Assembly (NCBI RefSeq): GCF_020745735.1
Contig: NC_083404.1
Span: forward strand, 114,265,731 to 114,329,730
DNA length: 64,000 nt
From: Hemiscyllium ocellatum
Taxonomy: Eukaryota
Direction: 5' to 3'
Position 1 is the first letter of the stretch. Each line of letters opens with the position of its first letter. The translations under genes and the position numbers were made by a program. Shown here piece after piece: positions 63,991 to 64,000 of this stretch. The notes under the pieces were generated by a model that was given only the letters and a program-made list of their open reading frames with translations, ran no database searches and was not told the origin of the DNA.

Positions 63991-64000
63991 AAATCAGTTC

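Overview
This is eukaryotic, repeat-rich vertebrate DNA. The repeat set (HE1-type V-SINEs, several CR1 families, a Deu-domain SINE, Penelope-like elements) points to a shark or other elasmobranch; this is inferred, not database-checked. I could not recognise any host protein-coding exon, and most ORF-track entries are transposon fragments or chance ORFs. Contents: (1) many CR1 LINE fragments, including a near-complete copy at ~38551-42509; (2) an older CR1-clade LINE family with a SINE that shares its tail; (3) a decayed class I endogenous retrovirus pol-env fragment at ~14550-16940; (4) a solo LTR at 28854-30602; (5) two Penelope-like families. The most notable system is a set of more than 10 short Penelope pseudo-LTR (pLTR) insertions carrying a minimal hammerhead ribozyme motif (CUGANGA-stem II-GAAAC-GUH). 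Several are head-to-head palindromes flanked by 12-18 bp target-site duplications (TSDs), with the strand switch inside the ribozyme core. Repeat-free gaps contain stretches that look like developmental enhancers, but their conservation cannot be judged from this sequence alone.
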